Positions 62,001 through 64,000 of a stretch of 64,000 nt of DNA are shown here, piece after piece. The position numbers were made by a program, and so were the translations under genes. This stretch comes from Candidatus Thorarchaeota archaeon (lineage in GTDB: Archaea; Asgardarchaeota; Thorarchaeia; Thorarchaeales; Thorarchaeaceae): NCBI GenBank assembly GCA_048882325.1, contig JBHLRS010000006.1, forward strand, positions 1-64,000, in the 5' to 3' direction. The notes below the pieces were generated by a model that was not told the DNA's origin, searched no databases, and saw only the letters and a program-made list of their open reading frames with translations. Each line of letters begins with the position of its first letter. The stretch's first letter is position 1.

Positions 62001-64000
62001 TGCAGGTGACCGTGCAACATACGATAATCGAAACTCATCGAGAGATCCATTAACGGGGGCTGAATCTCTGGATATCTGCAGGTCTCGGATGCTGGTGATG
62101 TCATCAACCATGCTTACGTCAACAGGAGTAGCAATCAAATTTCCGTCCATATAATATCTCATTAGATTATCAGATCTATCAACTGTCACAGCATAATAGA
62201 TCCATGCGTTGAGTGTAAAATCAACATAGGTGGATGATATTCTATCAACCCCATCGTTTACCAAGGCTTCGGTCTTTGTGGCGGCAGTATTTGTCGCAAG
62301 GGAATACCCTGGATCTGTCAATCCAGTAGATCCTTTGTATATTATATCTTGATAGTACCCTGTGCCACCGTCAAAGAATACCCAAATGCTGAAGGTCAAG
62401 TCGTTTGCTCCGAAATCAAGATCCCTATCCGCAGGATTTCCAAAATTAATGGAATCATCGATTCCATCCACATCATTTGCATTACCTATTTTACCAGATG
62501 CTCCTTGGGTGACACCTCCAAGAGGAATCCCATCATTATCATGTGCAGTTGAGTCGAGGGCATTACCACTAGTATCCCCAAGATGCCACACCCCAGCATA
62601 CGTGTAGCTCCATACCCCAACAGGATTTTCCTGACTCCCCATCGACGGATTGCTATAAAACATTGACAATACAGTATCAGTCGTGGATGAAAGGTCCATC
62701 CTCACCCAAGCTACCAAGTGAGCATGCGTAGAGTTGTATTGCTGGTCGAACAACTCTATTTCATGTGGAAGACTCCTGCCATTTGATGTGAACATTATGT
62801 CATCACCATCTGGTTGGACGTCTTTATGTAAGTCTGAGTCATAGATGTCAATCAATACTGGGAACCCTGTAAGATCAGATGCCACTTTATTATGGTCAAT
62901 AGTGATATCTTTCATATATCGAAAATTGACACCCTCTTCGCCTACTGTCAAAAATAATCCTGGATTTCTTTGATTATTGTATTGAGTTCTAATCCAGGCA
63001 TCTGATCTAGCAACAGTCGAAACCCGTACTTCATCAACAATACCATCAAAATAAGATGTTCCACCTGGATTATCGGACCTGCGACCAATTCTAAATGGAC
63101 GATTTGGATCATTCATAGATGCTGGTGTACCGGTTGTTATTTGGTCTACCAGCTCGCCATTCAAATAGAATCTCGCATATAATGAGGGTTGGAACACTCC
63201 CACGACATGGTACCATTGGCCAGTTTCAACACGTTCATAGCCAATGCTTGTGGTAGATACACCATCTGGACTAAATCTGAACATCACCCAACCTGCAGGA
63301 CTTATGGATGAATCAACGTCAAAACTGAGATCCCACCCACGGAAGTTGTTCTCAGCTGACTTGACAACAAGATAGTCATTATCAATAAAGTCCGCCTTGA
63401 ACCAAGATTCAACTGTGATTGCTCCAGTTATCTGCAGCTCTGCTGGATTTCCAAAATCAATGTAGTCGTTCACGCCCTCAAGATCAATAGCATTTCCAAA
63501 TTGACCGCTAACACTGTCACTAGATGTCATTGTCCCATAGGTTGAACCATCAAGACCTAGTAAAGTGCTATCAACGATTTGAGGTTGGTGCGGTAGATAA
63601 TCAGCTGATGTGGAATCCCATTGTGGTTGTGCAGGGTCATCATTCAGATGCCAAACAGCAGAATAGCCTGAGTCCCAGACATTCAGTGGATCTTCTTGAC
63701 TACCAAGGTCCTCGTCGCCATACACCATTACTAGGGTCGTGTCCTCAATAGATGACAAATACGGGACATTAACCCAGCAAACCAGATGTGCATGAGTTCC
63801 ATTTCCTTTCTTATCAAACAACTCAAGCTCATGAGGAATAATCTGGTCATTGTAAAGGAATGCGATGTCATCACCATCTGGCTGAACATCGATGTGTAGG
63901 TCCTCATCCCATATATCCACCAAGACTGGAAAGTTCTGAAGGTCTGAAACAACCCTAGTGTGGTCTATCACTAGGTTTTTGTTATATCGAAAGCTGGGAA
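47010..64000 (-). CDS. Giant (>5653 aa, 5'-truncated by the window) surface protein: at least 8 DUF2341-LamG modules, Ig-like stalk, C-terminal TM, cytoplasmic tail
   Basis: Frame stays open to 64000 (PSFRYNKNLVIDH...), so the GTG at 63971 is internal. Stalk and tail are collinear with the 3997-aa protein; TM APIGFVLLVGAVLW. Confidence 0.92.
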   Translation of the reverse strand, partial: PSFRYNKNLVIDHTRVVSDLQNFPVLVDIWDEDLHIDVQPDGDDIAFLYNDQIIPHELELFDKKGNGTHAHLVCWVNVPYLSSIEDTTLVMVYGDEDLGSQEDPLNVWDSGYSAVWHLNDDPAQPQWDSTSADYLPHQPQIVDSTLLGLDGSTYGTMTSSDSVSGQFGNAIDLEGVNDYIDFGNPAELQITGAITVESWFKADFIDNDYLVVKSAENNFRGWDLSFDVDSSISPAGWVMFRFSPDGVSTTSIGYERVETGQWYHVVGVFQPSLYARFYLNGELVDQITTGTPASMNDPNRPFRIGRRSDNPGGTSYFDGIVDEVRVSTVARSDAWIRTQYNNQRNPGLFLTVGEEGVNFRYMKDITIDHNKVASDLTGFPVLIDIYDSDLHKDVQPDGDDIMFTSNGRSLPHEIELFDQQYNSTHAHLVAWVRMDLSSTTDTVLSMFYSNPSMGSQENPVGVWSYTYAGVWHLGDTSGNALDSTAHDNDGIPLGGVTQGASGKIGNANDVDGIDDSINFGNPADRDLDFGANDLTFSIWVFFDGGTGYYQDIIYKGSTGLTDPGYSLATNTAATKTEALVNDGVDRISSTYVDFTLNAWIYYAVTVDRSDNLMRYYMDGNLIATPVDVSMVDDITSIRDLQISRDSAPVNGSLDEFRLSYVARSPAWILTEYNNQFDPSSFYSLGVEQEVIIPKKVPLEFMYKKDIIIDHTKVASDLYGFPVLIDLYDADLRFDVQADGDDIVFVKDGWILPHEIELFDQSYNSSHGHLIAWVRADLSASTDTVLSMYYGDSSSESQENPNGVWDTSFAAVWHLSEDPAGTVYDSTANGNDGIGYPLGSEPTLQTGKIDGCSEFYGEATNDRIEAPHSSSLVLPSDMLVEAWVRTNNIDGSSDAIVAKWGDVGHRNYWLGKLDSSTLAFYVDDTQSVTTSLSWVNDGQWHHVAGVANADTGELRLYVDGVERGNAAYTGSTQTGTSVIHIANNPGSVGFIQEWDGRIDEVRVSNSYRNLGWIVTEFNNQNDPSSFYAVEIETTTAVTYEYSRQVTITSGSELVPAGYTTSVTIDHASLVAAGKSQIDGDDLRIMYWNGLSLTELDRILDFDSSWNSATAKIWFRIQTDIPAYSSDDQYFIYYGNPTVTNPPNDYTNVFQFYDGFESGDLSAWDGSYTDTGDTLIVLNTPLIPVHSGTYAVRGDVDDVAAAQAMVWKDFSDKSNLFARVHFYLPAGFSTSDHVTIMQYVDTSAVWQNQLSVTIRDDMTLYMWNDVVDEAYGYGTTSTISTGSWHTLDMQAKISDTVGEARLWLDGNLEIEVTGVNLGTEGIDRFCTVFYWAAPQTEPNTVIADDAFLRPFVSPEPTSIISPEISQDLVFNYKKEISIDHTKVAADLVDFPLLVDIFDSDLQTKTQSDGDDIIFTIGNTILPHELELFNQTYNSTHAHLVAWVKTDLSSTVDTTISMYYGNPGLSNQENPSDVWNSNYVAVWHMNQDPSSSLIKDSTINGYDLTATGFGSDQRVYDGELGTAIAVDGLDDRFSINGISGPVNDFTFQSWFALDSVFPPGSDMHFFRGNSLTNDYPLMRFAASSGLVVTHMEVTSDIDETCTGSKSSWEADTWFQFAWVRSMSAVRAYHYLNGTLDAEDNSADNANPHLTWNQLAILSDLSGGNMWGSGAISEFRILNVSLSPDWIATEYLNQNDPSGFYSVGTEVSMQLIEFDYKKDLTVDHTKVDSDLTDFPLLVDLFDTDLRAKVQIDGDDIIFKLGTTVLPHEIELFDQNYNSTHAHLVAWVKTNLSSTVDTIVTMFYGNPSATNQENQNGVWNDNYWGVWHLGETSGVSRDSVSGGPDGTLMGGPTQGITGRMGYGYDFDGTDDFIALQSSNTQSTGTYSFWVYPVGFPPGPNSEVNFMGADAYLNRISYYNGRIRVETATDAEYFDFPSSSVVADAWQHIVFVRSGDFGDLYINGVWIQQDETVGANTLSVDNIAGTIDLDRMVNGTMDEIRISSIAHSASWITTEYRNQNDPSSFYSIGEETTLRVGYQSRARATDFQYKKDLVVDHAKVATDLTDFPVLIDIFDTDLRNDVQSDGDDIMFRNGQSWCPHEITYFDQTYNATHAHLMVWVKTDLSSSVDTTITMYYGNPDLTAQENPSAVWGNYAGVWHLEETPTGTVYDSSPYNNDGATLGSMSGSALVPGQIGSGFALDGVDDMINVSESSSLDSVKYAGTLSLWINWVDSADGGYQRVMTTSDRFILNPAPPPTLLQDDGFEWAVQPDGDHFFYPWGGNSIDYNLATDPFTNNVWHHLVLTLDYSTKSVIIYLDGAPMILAAENVPTEWTQLASLGDWLWGGNQLDTASRFLGKFDEIRVSTAVQSPGWVITEYNNQNDPSSFLSIGSEVQISGIEYLFTTSSASAVTIGAELTLEVQTSFYTYADDFSLGTTFSIANGSVPVWTTGVLISPPSEIVDISFEISYPDGDWWPLSVTSPSGVEKAYASDWTCFDGRLTVASTAIDEYGMWQIKFLDRNHILDMQIGPSGGPYSSTDQFTLGEDIQFRIRSSWITGSTIALELTDPSGSAWYTGATINQGDRFTLPYYHRKTLTVSHENVAEDLANFPVLIDIYDTDLRTDVRPDGRDIAFAIGEETLSHEIELFDQAYNLTHAHLVAWVKVPLLSCSSDTIISMYYDNPLAPIVYASGPVWDSNYVGVWHLGEIGAGLVDEYADSSLYNNHGQGGDGNVSYVPSRVATRIGYGQDFTDHFIDCGNATSLDITGNQITLQLWMQYPSATHPNMGPFNHKGWYSGYRFTMSQNSQNMRINLGPRPTGGTYDLGTSQTIAPNGWHHVVATYDGSLVKFYIDGSQDAATMEMTTNILSALPDSFRIGHADQPEGKAWTFPWIGQIDEVRISDIARSSAWINTEFENQNNPSVFYSVSSEETSGYSESAPINLDASAPAGVWHASARYSDSSSDVNYRVGTFSRSFIVKRGTSLGLIAPGDAIADGISTKLIGEQLYVEFELKDTLTTAMLSGAEVSMNWSVSGVPTNVQLNDYGDGRYGTTLNTSDLGSYGRWRLDLESSHPFYTNATDFFYLDLSHRTFLTYEPPKDTPYGGNFEVKLTLRDKFDNTPLTGATISCNATILGLPTDYGNGTYLVTIDSTGFSVGEHTFRFTTSPSTSYLLSSNIDVQFNYRGIATEVTPLNPDAVESPWGHQANTSIYWSDVDHAGIGVDGGSISISPFVQTQLNDDGGGYYSLTIDVSSFTPGTYYFNLTFSKQNYQSSMSTISITILAHRTTPSINYNSTIPVGTDAYFDVSWLDLDLYSVSIGGGNLSQVNLDWGTGSDSFPAFSFWLDTSGWAIGSYTINVTINAIGAPRFYMDSYLEIQLEIRKLNVYLSWDPLEPFPNGNDFVMFVYVNVSEPGNPIDGTPITGLDQSYFSATNETGNPYTFESFINLGEGVYQITIDSTRFLEGQYKIKVFVDFLPAENYTDSSTPEVTFSYRPILTYLSSPDYPTVTTSFDTNVTVTLSYVDIDHVQNITIGTITSEGASIVWRHTGNGVYEVLIIVQGWDLGTHEVNLTADANGYQAKTLTFQILVQIAYAYARSSVSIIDLPVGDTAVFYADYWDITHDAPILGATINHNWTYSLSISWTGDQYRIELPSTDTDGLGSYLVMFTFSKGPNYQTGYFNLSIIVRTHLTEFRLASAIEPTSYNAMVNISVYCGDLDNDVGIAEAPIALSVYGDSGLIPATYENDTVLGDGYYIIRFAATNLGSSGIFDLTVYFNWTGPVQKYLNGSLFASIRIIGEASNLELFDSAEPTPYLGNLTYTYVYSELYSGIGISNVSAPAGNVHIYVNFVGYSFNPSLYTITEDSGNPGYYSIMFNSTMFGKPGIYTMIVYVNWSKGVDPGYGNWTDTVSVRIIPRSTVVNLIPPESTPYGVNATFAFSFDDVAEGIAYSVANSSQMTITIGLPDYTITYNESIRQFHVSFNTSILGAPLGARQFSIGVVWTGSPFYTNVTGRNVIISVRFRETEFDYSAISPAPYGDNVTLHVSFTDVTEGASQTIDDGLVTLYNGVQEIPVSEYSFSPLGNGDYEIELKTTYFSNPGTYAITIEMSTSHFYYALVAATRTLSLQYRLTVVLVEPVAETPYNNSLEIVFHYSDVLTLADIGNTSTPTTIKILNGSSWIFSSVWRGASEDYLLTVQTYNQILEINKEYVLWIELSYPDAAPFYLSSEAFISFTLRERTTNLELTSSPEPTQYLEKINFTVYYQDTLSLSGIAGATITLTIGGSDLVEGVDYLLQSPAIGRYSISLNTTSIGPAGTNVNLQLTASWISAPPYYSTSVLSLTLSVTKRNSITEILTSTTLVRYLENVTFTIRYSDDSTGQEILFNKDQLLIYSEGTPLQGNDFSMMYRSPGYEVSINSSILKIGLISSWNITFYIEWQDNVAPYYADGRVSTWVNVVNRVGIVIRESSPTVPIHDNMTLEFRYVDDSTGAGINNAIVLFDCLSPSGLIEGVDFWVFQNNGNYSILVDTTSLGSTGTFTFSLRLLWNPTLEPFYRNTTMLYLQGTVRLIQTQLTNEEPNPSTVPIHDNVSVVLNLQDLDHSSPIIGAEGSFSVTYKTNTSGPSTWSIIPISPGVYELVVDCSDAGVTGTNALTITLSFMDYQTVEIQVPFQIRLRQGELNEIVAPATYYGETTYVIVELVDIDAGYAPIDGAVLTLTWPDIGYTPDYVSIGPGLYNITLTTTSLDSGLYTLVVGAQKSDYFISDVSVPVQILSISTELILPQTIPDVYWGEDVSIWAIFNDTRDNILISGANLEYQFGVLSGSLTEVVTDPGNYTITIDSGNLAVATTYVVSITATLNNYETITGQLTVNVLKLSLELTVVSNTQPEVFKGTPVNITVYVNNTYTNTPLLGATVEVTWVAQGEQSITLSPVPGLDGYYTGFVDTNDLFVQEYVLTVRADRTNYVTATTSVSVKIKQISTVVMLDALTSTYSTRTFNWSDIIRVGVYVLAPSLNVSYPLSTGLANCTVQWSLSGTIFTGEFLNGSLIGGPGYFYFDFNTFDYSASTYTLRITAHPNIGMFAYSSNFTTLIIEPIETSVESTYLSPKIWGWTGWVNLTYWDLLFDRGIAGADVIVDWNGLENTFRYVGNGTYQVFINASLVTPGIYPVSVRFILDNYKIGTGVFTLNVKEVPTAIRVFAPTLNQLDEDALILEVPYGDVLPVVLFYNDTWYNRGIPGATEITGVVIGLEIPERDYILIEEISDGNYSLLFDTSRWIVSDSPYRVILNFYLGNWSRATVEVQITIINVPTGLQVDGSSSLTMSYGKEYTIWVFYYDAWVGHAGEGIAGGSINATPLDTGYVIVSLNQSDSSRPGWYEIRVRSRRTQGSTIVSIILSKDNFESAGVSIAISVEPSEFDILIERVIIYGAPIGFVLLVGAVLWTRLFSIPKRLREIRKMVKTISKGKIPEIPDNVPTRQEIVANLFNDIAGPIGITKTASSIPSEAIPSEVPEIEELLVQLSILSNLTDDELEDFRLDVSKMKLSEQVAFVKEVINQEAIKQGRIERKPMELILAETAAKARAILAGEDIEEVFRPELVMEKAELKIVDEKEESLLEPIEFEEVVSEDMLSDYELKEIRQQLVDAGIKGSELETIMEQARELPKELAEELLKSILGEGGGDK
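56840..64000 (-). repeat. Tandem array of seven ~1-kb DUF2341+LamG modules
   Basis: Module starts near 63990, 62925, 61902, 60888, 59898, 58872 and 57879. Consensus FxYxKxxxIDHxKVxxDLxxFPxLxD...DGDDI...HExELF...N(S/A)THAHL..WV...WH(L/M)...DExRxS..WIxTEYxNQ; module 4 is divergent. Confidence 0.9.

Noticed and set aside
35291-63952. Many 60-165 aa antisense or alternate-frame ORFs inside the giant genes
   Set aside because: Shadow ORFs expected from codon bias, with no recognisable motifs.
63969-63971. GTG start given for the 5653-aa ORF
   Set aside because: The frame is open to the window edge, this position is inside a module, and there is no signal peptide, so the gene starts outside the window.
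55230-64000. CRISPR array or diversity-generating retroelement as the source of the repeats
   Set aside because: The repeats are ~1-kb in-frame protein modules; I saw no short repeat-spacer pattern, reverse transcriptase or adenine-specific TR/VR pair.

Overview
Archaeal chromosomal window. An Asgard origin, probably Thorarchaeia, is my inference from gene content: a crenarchaeal-type PolB1, ArcS/RaSEA, GGTG-type Shine-Dalgarno sites with many TTG/GTG starts, and giant DUF2341/LamG membrane proteins. Bases 1-35 kb hold mostly housekeeping genes: two tRNA-Arg genes, two thioredoxins, an Hrq1/MrfA-like helicase, arcS and raSEA, a complete nurA-herA-mre11-rad50 operon, two GT-C glycosyltransferases, a HIT protein, PolB1, a class III aminotransferase and an orphan DNA methyltransferase. 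The same region has several enzyme folds that appear to have lost catalytic residues, and two candidate eukaryote-like trafficking proteins: a mu-homology-domain-like protein and an IFT52/GIFT-like protein. Bases 35-64 kb hold two translationally coupled giant paralogous membrane-anchored proteins (3997 aa and >5653 aa, the latter truncated by the window edge). They share an Ig-like stalk and a conserved cytoplasmic domain. One expands extracellular DUF2341-LamG modules (at least 8 versus 1) and the other expands an intracellular helical repeat (4 versus 1). I consider this pair the best candidate for an undescribed system. All family assignments come from motif recognition by eye; no searches were run.
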